Source: Mucisphaera calidilacus
Lineage (GTDB): Bacteria; Planctomycetota; Phycisphaerae; Phycisphaerales; Phycisphaeraceae
Assembly (NCBI RefSeq): GCF_007748075.1
Contig: NZ_CP036280.1
Span: forward strand, 3,450,001-3,482,000
Direction of reading: 5' to 3'
DNA length: 32,000 nt
A program made the position numbers and the translations under genes. Position 1 is the first letter of the stretch. Each line of letters opens with the position of its first letter. The notes beneath the pieces are model-generated. The model saw only the letters and a list, made by a program, of their open reading frames with translations, had not been told where the DNA came from and did not search any database. Below, piece by piece: positions 23,490 through 32,000 of the stretch.

Positions 23490-24905
23490 TCAGTGGTCGT
23501 GTTTGCCTTCGAGTCGTTCGGCGAGGGTTTGTTTGGGTTTGCCGCGGATCTGGAGGTTGATGGGGACTTCGGAGTAGGGGAGTTCGTCGCGGAAGCGGTT
23601 GAGGATGAATCGCTGGTAGTTGGGGTTAAAGAGGTCGGGGTCGTTGACGAAGATGGTGACGGTGGGGGGGTGGACGGCGGTCTGTGTGGCGTAGTAGACC
23701 TTGGCGATCTTGCCGTGTTTCGAGCTGGGTCCGCGTTCGGCCATGATGGTCTCGACGACGCGGTTGATCTCGCCGGTGCCGACGCGGTGGTTGGCCTGTT
23801 CGTAGAGGTTGGCGACGAGGGCGAGCATCTCGCGCATGCCCTCCTCGTTCTTGGCGCTGATAAAGACGATGGGTGCGAAGGAGAAGCCCTTGAGTTCGTT
23901 GTCGAGGTACTCGGCGTATTCTTCTTCGGTGTGATTTTTCTCGGCGAGGTCCCACTTGTTGATGACGATGACGGTGGGCCGGTGGTGTTCGAGGATCTCG
24001 TGTCCGAGTTGTTTATCGACCTGTGAGATGGGGAGTGTGGCGTCGATGAGCAGGAGGCAGACGTCGGCGCGTCGGATGCTCCGGAGTGCGCGGTGGTGTG
24101 CGTAGTACTCGATGTCCTGTTTCATGGACTTTCGTTTGCGGACGCCTGCGGTGTCGATGGCGGTGAAGACGCGTGTGGCGTTGCCGTCGTCGGTGGGGAC
24201 TTCGAATCGGACGTCGACGGCGTCGCGGGTGGTGCCTTCGGCCTCGGAGACGATGACGCGTTGGTCGCCTGCGAGTGCGTTAGTGAGGGTGGACTTGCCG
24301 GCGTTTCGTTTGCCGACGATGGCGATGCGGATGCCGGGGTCGAGGGTGTCTTCGGGGGTGTCGGGGAGGTTGAGTCGGTCGATCTCGCGGCGGAGGGTAT
24401 CGAGGAAGAGGCGTTTGTTGTGCCCGGTTTTGGCGGAGATGAAGAGGGGTTGTCCGAGTCCGAGTGAGGCGGCCTCGTAGGCGTCGGCTTCGAGTTTTTC
24501 GGCGTCGACCTTGTTGACGATGACGAGGCAGGGTTTGCGGTCGGTGCCTTTGCCCAGGGATTGCCGGAGGACTTCGGCGACGGTCTGGTCGAGGGGGACG
24601 ACGCCTGTTTGCGCGTCGACGACGAAGAGGACGAGGTGTGCTTCGGCGAGCCCGTTGGCGATCTGTTGTTCGACTTCGCGGGTGAGGTTCTGGGAGTCCT
24701 TGATGCCGTAGCCGCCGGTGTCGATCACCTCGACGGGCCGCGGTTCTTCGCCGGGCTGTCCGGGGATTTCGGCGGTGGCGGCGATGCGGTCGCGTGTGAC
24801 GCCTGCCATGTCGTCGACGATGCTGATGCGTCGTCCGGCGAGCATGTTGAGCAGAGAGGACTTGCCGACGTTGGGGCGTCCGACGATGACGATCTTGGGG
24901 AGCAT
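23490..24905 (-). CDS. der: Ribosome-associated GTPase Der/EngA (tandem GTPase domains plus KH-like domain)
   Basis: IVIVGRPNVGKSSL...DTGG and IAIVGKRNAGKSTL...DTAG are two G-domains. The C-terminus reads KVYYATQTAVHPPTVTIFVN. Confidence 0.95.
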   Translation of the reverse strand: MLPKIVIVGRPNVGKSSLLNMLAGRRISIVDDMAGVTRDRIAATAEIPGQPGEEPRPVEVIDTGGYGIKDSQNLTREVEQQIANGLAEAHLVLFVVDAQTGVVPLDQTVAEVLRQSLGKGTDRKPCLVIVNKVDAEKLEADAYEAASLGLGQPLFISAKTGHNKRLFLDTLRREIDRLNLPDTPEDTLDPGIRIAIVGKRNAGKSTLTNALAGDQRVIVSEAEGTTRDAVDVRFEVPTDDGNATRVFTAIDTAGVRKRKSMKQDIEYYAHHRALRSIRRADVCLLLIDATLPISQVDKQLGHEILEHHRPTVIVINKWDLAEKNHTEEEYAEYLDNELKGFSFAPIVFISAKNEEGMREMLALVANLYEQANHRVGTGEINRVVETIMAERGPSSKHGKIAKVYYATQTAVHPPTVTIFVNDPDLFNPNYQRFILNRFRDELPYSEVPINLQIRGKPKQTLAERLEGKHDH

Positions 24906-24925
24906 TGCTTCTCGGGGTGTTGGGG

Positions 24926-25630
24926 TCAGGGGTTTTTGCGTTGTTGCCAGAGGCTGACGGCCTCGGGCTGCCGCCCGTAGGTGGGCGTGAGGGCCGACGG
25001 GTCACTGTAATCGCCAGCGTGTGCGGCTGCGCGCCCGAGCTGGTAGACGACGGCGGCGGAGCAGGTGGCGTGCTGATCGAGGAGGAGGTTGATGCCGAGG
25101 TCCCGGGCGTTTCGGGTGATGGTTTCGGGGAGGGTCTGGGCGATGAGGCAGTCGGGTTGCGGGTTGGCGAGGAGTTCGGCCAGGAGTCCGGCGTGGGGCT
25201 GGCGCGTGGGGGTGAGGGTGTGGCCGGTGCGTTGGTAGGCGGCGATCCAGGCGTTGTCGGCCTTGGTGTTGAGTGCGACGGCGATGTGCCGGGCGTCGGG
25301 CGGGGCGTTGTGGGCGAGGGTGTGCGTGGTGGGTATGGCGACGACGCGTGCGGGCGTGGTGAGGGTGAGGGTTTGGGTGACGGCGAAGCCGACGCGCAGG
25401 CCGGTGAAGGATCCGGGGCCGGTGGAGAGGGCGATGGTGTTGAGTTGGCCGGGGTTGAGGCTGAGTTCGTGGAAGGCGTCGGCGAGTTGGGGGACGAGTC
25501 CGACGGAGTGTCTTCGTGCGGGTTCGAAGCTGCGGACGAGCAGGGGCTGTTCGTCGGTTCCGATGGCGATGGAGGCGGTTCGGCCGCTGGTTTCGATCGC
25601 GAGGAGGAGTCCGGGGTCGTCGGCGTTCAT
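24926..25630 (-). CDS. tsaB: tRNA t6A37 modification protein TsaB (YeaZ)
   Basis: ORF 24926..26014 trimmed to ATG 25628-25630. LLLAIETSGRTASIAI...LNTIALSTGPGSFTGLRVGFAV is present. Its ATG overlaps the trpD stop. Confidence 0.85.
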   Translation of the reverse strand: MNADDPGLLLAIETSGRTASIAIGTDEQPLLVRSFEPARRHSVGLVPQLADAFHELSLNPGQLNTIALSTGPGSFTGLRVGFAVTQTLTLTTPARVVAIPTTHTLAHNAPPDARHIAVALNTKADNAWIAAYQRTGHTLTPTRQPHAGLLAELLANPQPDCLIAQTLPETITRNARDLGINLLLDQHATCSAAVVYQLGRAAAHAGDYSDPSALTPTYGRQPEAVSLWQQRKNP

Positions 25631-26673
25631 CCGTCGGCGGGTTTCGAGAGTTCGGCGAGTTTGGCGAGGGTGTGTCGTGCGGCGCCGGAGTCGATGGCTT
25701 GTGTGGCGAGGGTGATGGCGTTGTCGAGGGTATCGGCGGCCTCGGCGATGACGAGTGCTGCGGCGGCGTTGAGCAGGACGGTGTTGCGGGGTGCGCCCTT
25801 GTCGCCGGCGAGGACGGACTGGATGAGGGCGGCGGATTGTTGCGGGTTTTCGACGGTGACTGCGCTGGTGGTGTCGGCGGCAAGTCCGAGCGCGGCGGGG
25901 TCGATGGTGTCGTGGGTGATGGTGTTGTTGCGGACGATGGCGACGCTGACGGGCGCGAAGGGTGTGAGTTCGCCGAGGCGTGTGCCGTCGGGCAGTTCGG
26001 TGGTGACGACCCACGCGTGCTGCGTGTCGAGTTTGAGGAGGGTTTCGGCGATGAGTTGCTGGGTGGCTGCGTCGCCGACGCCGAGGAGTTGGTGTTGTGC
26101 ACCGGCGGGGTTGGTGAGAGGTCCGAGGAGGTTGAAGATGGTCCGGATGCCAAGCGCGGCGCGGACGGGTCCGGCGTGTTTCATGCCGGGGTGGTGAGCG
26201 GGTGCGAAGCAGAAGCAGATGCCGGCTTCGTCGAGGGCTTTGGGCAGGTGTGTGGGGGGCATGGGGAGGTTGACGCCGAGTTCCTGGAGGACGTCGGAGG
26301 ATCCGGAGGCGCTGGTGACGGCGCGGTTGCCGTGCTTGGCGACGGCGATGCCTTTGGGTCGTCCGGCGGCGGCGGTGACGATGGCGGCGGAGGTGGAGAC
26401 GTTGAAGAATCGCGATCCGGTTCCACCGGTGCCGCAGGTATCGACGATGCGCAGGCCGACGGGTGTGGTGACGGGGATGAGGTGTTTGCGCATGGCGCGT
26501 GCGCCGGCGGCGAGTTCGTCGGTGGTGGCGCCGCGGGCCTGGATGAGGGCGAGCATGGCGCCGAGCTGGATGGGGTCGGCGTCGCCTGTCATGACGGCGT
26601 CGAAGAGTTTTTCGGCGTCGTCGGCGTCGAGGTGGTGTCCCTGGACGAGTCGTGGGAGTGCGTCACGGATCAT
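25627..26673 (-). CDS. trpD: Anthranilate phosphoribosyltransferase
   Basis: GAMLALIQARGATTDEL...DTCGTGGTGSRFFNVSTSAAIV...KHGNRAVTSASGSSDVLQELGV matches TrpD. Confidence 0.92.
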   Translation of the reverse strand: MIRDALPRLVQGHHLDADDAEKLFDAVMTGDADPIQLGAMLALIQARGATTDELAAGARAMRKHLIPVTTPVGLRIVDTCGTGGTGSRFFNVSTSAAIVTAAAGRPKGIAVAKHGNRAVTSASGSSDVLQELGVNLPMPPTHLPKALDEAGICFCFAPAHHPGMKHAGPVRAALGIRTIFNLLGPLTNPAGAQHQLLGVGDAATQQLIAETLLKLDTQHAWVVTTELPDGTRLGELTPFAPVSVAIVRNNTITHDTIDPAALGLAADTTSAVTVENPQQSAALIQSVLAGDKGAPRNTVLLNAAAALVIAEAADTLDNAITLATQAIDSGAARHTLAKLAELSKPADG

Positions 26674-26700
26674 GCTTGGGTTTCTCGGAGGGTTTCGTGC

Positions 26701-26940
26701 TCAGGCGATCTCGGTGAGGATCCAGAGTGCGGCGGCGACGAGGACCATGAAGGCGATGATCTGGCTGCTCAGGACGAGGGTCTGTGCGGGGAGCTGGCTG
26801 AGGTCGGGTAGCTTGATGGCCTTGTAGATGAGGGCGACGGCGAGGGCGAGGGGGATCATGAGCCAGAGCCAGTGGTTCTCGAGGGGCAGGGGGTCGAGGA
26901 AGGGCCGCCAGGCGAGGGTGAGGGGCGTGGTGTCAGGCAT
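26701..26940 (-). CDS. Small two-TM membrane protein, unknown function
   Basis: ORF 26701..27069 trimmed to ATG 26938-26940 (MPDTTPLTLAWRPFLDPLPLENHWLWLMIPLALAVALIY...). It overlaps the upstream gene end by 8 nt, consistent with translational coupling. Confidence 0.55.
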   Translation of the reverse strand: MPDTTPLTLAWRPFLDPLPLENHWLWLMIPLALAVALIYKAIKLPDLSQLPAQTLVLSSQIIAFMVLVAAALWILTEIA

Positions 26941-27415
26941 GGGCTTGTGCTCCGGCGGGGTCTTGCTGAGGGAGTCGGCCGGCGGGGTATCGGTAGGCGA
27001 CGTCGATGATGGCGAGGAGGTTGAGGAGTCCTGCGAGGGCGGTGAATATCGTTCCCTGCTCGTGGACACGGTTCATGCTGGGTTCGAAGGGGGGTGTGGT
27101 GGCGGGTATACCCTGAACGACGGTGCCTTCGGGCGGCGGAGCCTGTCCGTCGAGGGTGAGGGATCGGTGCAGGAGGTCGACGAGGATGGCGGGAGCGACG
27201 AGGACCTGGCAGCCATACCAGGCGGGGTGGTTGGCCTTGTCGATGACGGAGATGCCGCCGATGAAGAGTCCCGCGGTCCAGAGGGTGAGGATGCTGAGGG
27301 CGAGGATGATGCCGCGGCGGGTTTCGCCGATGAGTGCGTGTCCGCTGCCGGGGATGAGCCATCCGGCGATGGCGGCGAGGATGTGCCATCGTGGCTGGTG
27401 GTCGTCTTGGGTCAC
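26933..27415 (-). CDS. Multi-pass membrane protein, unknown function (first gene of the trpD-tsaB-der operon)
   Basis: The 160-aa ORF has four hydrophobic segments (HILAAIAGWLIPGSGHAL, GIILALSILTLWTAGLFIGGI, ...). Its codon skew is consistent with its neighbours. Confidence 0.6.
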   Translation of the reverse strand: MTQDDHQPRWHILAAIAGWLIPGSGHALIGETRRGIILALSILTLWTAGLFIGGISVIDKANHPAWYGCQVLVAPAILVDLLHRSLTLDGQAPPPEGTVVQGIPATTPPFEPSMNRVHEQGTIFTALAGLLNLLAIIDVAYRYPAGRLPQQDPAGAQAHA

Positions 27416-27476
27416 GGGTGGGTCACTCCGAGTTGCTTGGTGTCGGGCGTGGACGTTCGTGTCTCTTACTTTATGA

Positions 27477-27504
27477 TTGACACGGTGGACAGCTTCGATA
27501 GTGT
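27477..27504 (+). promoter_or_regulatory. Candidate sigma70-type promoter TTGACA-N16-TAGTGT
   Basis: TTGACA lies at 27477-27482 and TAGTGT at 27499-27504. The architecture matches the arsR promoter (TTGACT-N16-TAGTAT). It is upstream of the acidic-protein gene. Confidence 0.4.
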
Positions 27505-27595
27505 AACCGCCGCGTGACGACCGATGAGGTTTGAGGCGGGTCGCGTGCCCCGTCGGGGGGAGGCGTGGGAAGCGGAAGGCGACGTGGAGGCAACG

Positions 27596-27880
27596 ATGTC
27601 GGTTTCAGAAGCATTGAGTGAGCGGTTGATGGAAGCGGTGCCGTGGTCGGGTGGGTGCTGGTATGCGTCGTCGTCGGGTTGCCCGCGTTTCGTGGACGCG
27701 AAGGATGACGACGCGTTCGAGGATGATGACGACGACGTCTTTGATGACGACGACGAGGATGATGACGATTTTGAGGATGATGAGGACGACTTCTTCGACG
27801 ACGAGGAGGACGACGACCTGTTCGACGACGAGGAAGATGACGATCTGGATGGGGATGATCTTCTCGACGACGACGAGTGA
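27596..27880 (+). CDS. Extremely acidic small protein (poly-Asp/Glu tail with interspersed Phe/Leu)
   Basis: ATG 27596 is preceded by GGAGG (27586-27590), and the track ORF begins at 27524. By my count 45 of the last 58 residues are D/E (DDDAFEDDDDDVFDDDDEDDDDFEDDEDDFFDDEEDDDLFDDEEDDDLDGDDLLDDDE). The poly-Ser ORF on the minus strand is its antisense shadow. Confidence 0.6.
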   Translation: MSVSEALSERLMEAVPWSGGCWYASSSGCPRFVDAKDDDAFEDDDDDVFDDDDEDDDDFEDDEDDFFDDEEDDDLFDDEEDDDLDGDDLLDDDE

Positions 27881-27930
27881 TCCTTCTCTGGATTGCGGGT
27901 GAGCTCGTCGTCCTGACGGGTGCACCAACG

Positions 27931-28320
27931 ATGAGTGAGCGTGGACAATCGTCTCGGGGTGAGCACAAGGAACGGGGTCCGGACCGGCGCAAGTCGGTGG
28001 TGGATCAGCGGATGCCCGGCACGGGCCTGGAGCGTCGTCGCGGCCCGGGTCGTCGTCTGAGTGATTTTGCTCGGGCGGCGGAGGAGGGCGAGCTGAGCTC
28101 GGAGCAGTTTGCTTTCGTGAAGGCGATTGACGCGTACAAGCGTTCGAACGACCGTCCTTATCCGAACTGGACGGAGGTTCTTGAGGTGATCCGGAAGCTG
28201 GGTTACCGCAAGACGGCGTCGTCGGAGCTGAATCTGGCGGCGTTCGAGGACTGGACGGAGCCGGCGGATGCGCCGGCGTTTCCGGACACGTCGGACGTTT
28301 GGGAGGGCGAGGCGGCCTGA
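27931..28320 (+). CDS. Small basic protein (Arg/Lys-rich N-terminus plus conserved-looking helical C-terminal module), unknown function
   Basis: ORF 27877..28320 trimmed to ATG 27931 (MSERGQSSRGEHKERGPDRRKSVVDQRMPGTGLERRRGPGRR...). It then reads SEQFAFVKAIDAYKRSNDRPYPNWTEVLEVIRKLGYRK. It starts 51 nt after the acidic gene. Confidence 0.6.
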   Translation: MSERGQSSRGEHKERGPDRRKSVVDQRMPGTGLERRRGPGRRLSDFARAAEEGELSSEQFAFVKAIDAYKRSNDRPYPNWTEVLEVIRKLGYRKTASSELNLAAFEDWTEPADAPAFPDTSDVWEGEAA

Positions 28321-28382
28321 GGGGAGTCTGAACGGGGGTTGGCCGGATCGGCTAAGGTCTTCGCTCTTCGGAGACCCGACTG

Positions 28383-28913
28383 ATGGCCGAGACGCCTTAT
28401 CGCATCGCGACGCTTTGTTACCTGTTTGATGATCGGGGGCGGTTGCTGCTGATTCACCGGCGCAAGCACCCGAACCGGGATTTGTATTCACCGATTGGTG
28501 GCAAGTTGGACACGGTTTCGGGTGAGAGTCCGCAGCAGTGCGCACTCCGTGAGATACGGGAAGAAACCGGGTTAGTATTGAGCGAAGGCGATTTACACCT
28601 GGTGGGTCTGGTTTCGGAGACGGCGTATCAGAACGAAACACACTGGCTGATGTTTCTTTATGAAGTAACAACGTTACACAGCCTGGCGGAGCGTGATATC
28701 AACGAGGGCAGGCTAGCGTGGGTGACGCGTGAGGAGTTAGTGGAATTGCCCATGCCGGAGACGGATCGCGAGGTGATCTGGCCGCTTTTCTGGGCTCATC
28801 GCGGCGGGTTTTTCGCGGCGCACATTGATTGTCGCGGGGGTGCGATGCGTTGGACGCTGGACCGCAGTTTGCGGGCTGAGGGGGGCGTGGGGGCGGATTC
28901 TTGCGATTGTTAG
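28383..28913 (+). CDS. NUDIX hydrolase
   Basis: The Nudix box is GGKLDTVSGESPQQCALREIREETGL (GX5EX7REUXEEXGU). Confidence 0.88.
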   Translation: MAETPYRIATLCYLFDDRGRLLLIHRRKHPNRDLYSPIGGKLDTVSGESPQQCALREIREETGLVLSEGDLHLVGLVSETAYQNETHWLMFLYEVTTLHSLAERDINEGRLAWVTREELVELPMPETDREVIWPLFWAHRGGFFAAHIDCRGGAMRWTLDRSLRAEGGVGADSCDC

Positions 28914-29017
28914 CAAACCGGTTGTGCAGCCGGGCATTTTTCCGCTATATTTTGCTTTCCGGGTTTTTGTACCCAGGGGGATGGCGGGTCACAGTTGATG
29001 ATTGAAGAGATTGTCGT

Positions 29018-30154
29018 GTGGCCACAAGCCCGGTGAATCTATCTACCTTTACACGATTGGACAGTACCTTGAGCAAGTCACGCGTGATGACCCCGGACAC
29101 CGCATCCTTTGCGCCGTGGGATCATGGATCGGAGCACCTGTTTCGCCTGTTGAAGGGCGTTGTGAAGATCAACGGTTTTTCGCTGGCGATTCTGGACCCG
29201 TCGCGTCCGCGTGAGGACGGCTTCTTGGCCGGTGCGGGGATCAGCAAGGACGAGGTGGATCGCTGGTGCGGGAGCGGTTATGCGAACGACCCGCTTTATC
29301 AGGAGGCGTTGCGTAAGGGGATTGCGAGTGGTCGCGGGCTGAAGACCAAGCCGTCGCCGCCCGCGCCGGGCAAGCAGATCGTGATCGCGACGGAGCCGGT
29401 GGGTCCTGAGAGCAAGGCTGTGTGGGTTCTGATTGGTGGCCGTGACAGCGCGTTGTCGGAGGATGAGCTGGCTGCGTGGCCGCTGCTGCTCAAGAGCATC
29501 CGCACGTCGTTTGATTACATGCCGGAGCCGGGTATGTCGCGTGTGGTTCTGGGCAGTGACGACCGCGTGATCCATGCGGACCCGGTGCTGCGCAGCCGTG
29601 CGATCAGTCAGCCGGAGGTTCTGAGTGATCTGTCGGCGAACCTTCGTCCGATCATCGAGCAGCGTTGGCCGGAGACGGAGTATTTCGAGCGTCACGACCT
29701 GTCGATCGAGGTGAACGGCGAGCCGACGTGGGTTCGGTTCCATTTCGGGCATGCCCCGGGCGAGTCGGAGGGCGAGCACCTGTATGTGGAGCTACGTCCG
29801 TTGTCGGAGGATGACGTTCCGCCGAGCGGCCTGGTACCGGACGACCGTATTGCGCAGGCGGCTGGTTACATCAGCGACAATTTCGCGTCGTCGCCGAACC
29901 TGACGGAGATCTCGGCGTCGGTGGAGACGAGCCCGTTCCACTTCCACCGCCTGTTCTCGAAGCAGATGAACATCAGTCCGAAGCATTATCTGCTTCGTCT
30001 TCAGATGCAGATCGCCAAGTGGATGCTTCGTGCGAGCCGCAAGCCGATCGGCACGATCGCGATGGACACGGGTTTTTCGAGCCACGGTCACTTCACGGCG
30101 ACGTTCCACCGGATTGTGGGAATGAGCCCGACGCAGTACCGCGAGAGCAACTGA
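29018..30154 (+). CDS. AraC/XylS-family transcriptional regulator with an uncharacterised N-terminal sensor domain
   Basis: The C-terminal dual HTH reads ISDNFASSPNLTEISASVETSPFHFHRLFSKQMNISPKHYLLRLQMQIAKWML...TIAMDTGFSSHGHFTATFHRIVGMSPTQYR. The start is GTG 29018, or alternatively ATG 29087. Confidence 0.82.
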   Translation: MATSPVNLSTFTRLDSTLSKSRVMTPDTASFAPWDHGSEHLFRLLKGVVKINGFSLAILDPSRPREDGFLAGAGISKDEVDRWCGSGYANDPLYQEALRKGIASGRGLKTKPSPPAPGKQIVIATEPVGPESKAVWVLIGGRDSALSEDELAAWPLLLKSIRTSFDYMPEPGMSRVVLGSDDRVIHADPVLRSRAISQPEVLSDLSANLRPIIEQRWPETEYFERHDLSIEVNGEPTWVRFHFGHAPGESEGEHLYVELRPLSEDDVPPSGLVPDDRIAQAAGYISDNFASSPNLTEISASVETSPFHFHRLFSKQMNISPKHYLLRLQMQIAKWMLRASRKPIGTIAMDTGFSSHGHFTATFHRIVGMSPTQYRESN

Positions 30155-30334
30155 GTCGTGCCTGTGCGGGCGTTGTGAGGCGTGGGTCCGGTATTCCGGT
30201 GCGGCCGGAACGGATGGATCTGCGTCCGGATGTCCGATGGTAGAGTGGTGTGGGACCGGGCCGGGTTTGGCCGCGGTCGTCTGGCCGTCTATCTTGTAGG
30301 CGGCAGGAGATCACCCGGAAAGGACCTTCGCTTT

Positions 30335-30943
30335 ATGGCACGGATCGACACCTGGCTGAGCCGCCCGATGCTCGCAGTTCTGACGCTGGCTGTGGCCCTG
30401 CTGCCTTTGGGCTGCACGGCGAACCGTTACACCTTCGAGAGTTCGGCGTTCAGCCCGAAGACGGTGGAGGTGGTGGATCAGCTGGCGATGGAGACGGTTT
30501 GGGCGATGGACGTCCCGGTGGGTCAGAAGTTGATTCTGGACTTCAACAGCAAGCATGAGGGGGGGGTGTTCACGCACGACCCGACCCCGCCGACGTCGAT
30601 GACGTGGGAGCTTCAGCGAGCGTCGCGGCACACGCTCTTTGCCCAGCACTACATCGGTGGTGCGAACGACAAGGGCGAGGTGGTGTTGAACGGCAACCCG
30701 GTGATCACGCGTGTGACGGTTCGCGAGGTGAATCGTGAGCTGGAGGAGCCGATGCCCGAGTTGTTCGTGGCCCCGACGGAGCCGGCTTCGTTCTCGGAGC
30801 CTGAGTCGGACGCGGGCGTCTCGGACGTTCCGGCGGAGGAGCCTGCTGAGGACGTGATGGACGAGGCGCCGTCCGAGGACGCGGCGGAAGATGCCGAGTC
30901 GGCCGAGGACGAGGTCCCGTTGCTGGAGGGTGCCCCGGACTGA
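30335..30943 (+). CDS. Lipoprotein with an acidic C-terminal tail, unknown function
   Basis: ORF 30182..30943 trimmed to ATG 30335 (MARIDTWLSRPMLAVLTLAVALLPLGC lipobox). The C-terminus is rich in E/D/A/P. Confidence 0.65.
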   Translation: MARIDTWLSRPMLAVLTLAVALLPLGCTANRYTFESSAFSPKTVEVVDQLAMETVWAMDVPVGQKLILDFNSKHEGGVFTHDPTPPTSMTWELQRASRHTLFAQHYIGGANDKGEVVLNGNPVITRVTVREVNRELEEPMPELFVAPTEPASFSEPESDAGVSDVPAEEPAEDVMDEAPSEDAAEDAESAEDEVPLLEGAPD

Positions 30944-30976
30944 GTGATCGGGGTCTGACCGCGGAGGGCTTTGGCC

Positions 30977-31579
30977 ATGCGGCTCGGAATCTGTTTTGTG
31001 ATGGTCGTGGTGGGTGGTCTGGGGACGGGTGTGGTGTCGGCGCAGGACGATCGTTCGGTGGACCGTGGTGTGGAGGATGTGGATCCGGTGGCGCGGAGCC
31101 TGCGTCAGTTGGATTTCGGCATCGACGAGCGGACGTCGCGGAGCCGGATGTTTGATTTATCGCGGGATCTGCGGGGCACGGCGGCGGTTCACGGGACGCA
31201 GCGGAGCGCGGATTATCGTCTGGAGGGCTCGGGGTTCACGGCTTATTTTCGTCGTTCGGATTACGCGGTGCGCACGGGCAAGGACGAGTATGGCCTGAAT
31301 CAGAACGTGATCGACGGCGGGGATCAGTACGCGTTGACGCCCGTGGACACGTTTTACAGTCTGGTGCCCGAGCGTCCGGCGTTTGTGGGGCCTGAGCCGC
31401 TGCGGCCGGGACAGGTGGATCTGCGGCTGGGTGCCGCGTCGGGTGATGATCGGATGCGGATGGCGATCCCGGGGCATCAGCTGGATCCGGTGCCGACGGA
31501 CCTGGATGCGCAGCTGCGGCTGCTGAATGAGGCTTTTGAGCCTTACGGTGCGGACGAGACGCCGCCCGGCGGCTGGTGA
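30977..31579 (+). CDS. Secreted hypothetical protein
   Basis: The signal peptide is MRLGICFVMVVVGGLGTGVVSAQ (ATG 30977, TTG 30971 also possible). I recognise no domain. Confidence 0.6.
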   Translation: MRLGICFVMVVVGGLGTGVVSAQDDRSVDRGVEDVDPVARSLRQLDFGIDERTSRSRMFDLSRDLRGTAAVHGTQRSADYRLEGSGFTAYFRRSDYAVRTGKDEYGLNQNVIDGGDQYALTPVDTFYSLVPERPAFVGPEPLRPGQVDLRLGAASGDDRMRMAIPGHQLDPVPTDLDAQLRLLNEAFEPYGADETPPGGW

Positions 31580-31583
31580 ATGA

Positions 31584-32000
31584 TTATGAAGTCGGGGTGA
31601 GCAGGGCGTTGTCGATGAGGCGGACGCTTCCGAGTCGCGCGGCGATGAGTGCGACGTTGCTCTGGTCGGCGGTCTGGACGGGCTGGAGGTTGTCGGCGTC
31701 GCGGATGACGGCGTAGTCGGTGTCGAGGCCGTGGTCGGCGAGGATTTCGGCCATGGCGGTTTCGAGGGTGTGGGGGTCGTTGTGTCCGTCGGCGAGCGTC
31801 TTGCGGGCGAGGCGTAGGGCTTTGAAGAGGGCGGCGGCTCGGGGACGCTCGTCGGGGGTGAGGTACTGGTTGCGGCTGGACCTGGCGAGGCCGTCGTGTT
31901 CACGGGCGGTGGGGACGCTGACGATGCGCAGGGGCATGGCGAGGTCGCGGACCATGGCGCGGACGATGGCGAGTTGCTGGTAGTCCTTCTGGCCGAAGCA
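31584..32000 (-). CDS. panC: Pantoate--beta-alanine ligase, C-terminal part (N-terminus beyond the window end)
   Basis: The minus-strand frame ending at nt 32000 reads CFGQKDYQQLAIVRAMVRDL...VPTAREHDGLARSSRNQYL..., the conserved PanC FGxKDxQQ and SSRN motifs. The track shows only the internal Met ORF 31584..31955. Confidence 0.88.
   Translation of the reverse strand, partial: CFGQKDYQQLAIVRAMVRDLAMPLRIVSVPTAREHDGLARSSRNQYLTPDERPRAAALFKALRLARKTLADGHNDPHTLETAMAEILADHGLDTDYAVIRDADNLQPVQTADQSNVALIAARLGSVRLIDNALLTPTS

Noticed and set aside
23479-23494. 16-nt exact match GCGGTGGTGTGTCAGT to 5841-5856 at the island/right-repeat boundary
   Set aside because: For a G/T-skewed 32-kb window, about one such 16-mer coincidence is expected by chance. 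Both instances are simply G/T-rich sequence abutting a minus-strand stop codon (TCA).
27466-28671. 401-aa minus-strand ORF with a long poly-Ser tract
   Set aside because: The poly-Ser is the antisense reading of the GAY/GAR (Asp/Glu) repeat. The + strand frame has an SD-ATG and matches the codon skew of neighbouring + strand genes.

Overview
High-GC bacterial chromosomal segment (gene content loosely suggests Planctomycetota or a relative; this is a guess). I support about 38 protein-coding genes and found no rRNA, tRNA or CRISPR array. Many long ORFs in the track are Arg/Pro/His-rich antisense or out-of-frame shadows, and several real genes needed shorter starts. Left to right: AmiC-like amidase (partial), GHL10 glycoside-hydrolase-like protein, URO-D-family protein, a low-GC darT-darG islet, GNAT, a second GHL10 paralog, MFS transporter, TlyA-like methyltransferase, P-loop kinase, OM beta-barrel, iscR-iscS-iscU-iscA operon, adk, Hpt plus REC-GGDEF, M16 peptidase-like, stand-alone CoaB, Zn-ribbon protein, arsR-arsM, FitAB/VapBC TA pair, heparinase II/III, der-tsaB-trpD operon headed by two membrane proteins, an extremely acidic / basic small-protein pair, NUDIX, AraC, two exported proteins, panC (partial). 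Main findings: (1) a 1,988-bp DarT-DarG cassette bounded by perfect 46-bp direct repeats that duplicate the 3' end of the neighbouring GNAT gene. It has no recombinase, lower GC and lacks the host strand skew. (2) A GC/TA-skew polarity flip of origin-type sign, no more than about 10 nt wide, inside an intact CDS at about nt 1699-1709. (3) An AT-rich, repeat- and palindrome-dense convergent intergenic region at 2324-2565. (4) A G-quadruplex motif abutting the islet junction. (5) An adjacent poly-Asp/Glu protein and Arg-rich basic protein of unknown function. DarTG and VapBC are known system types. What looks new is how the DarTG cassette is carried, together with the compositional and structural signals.
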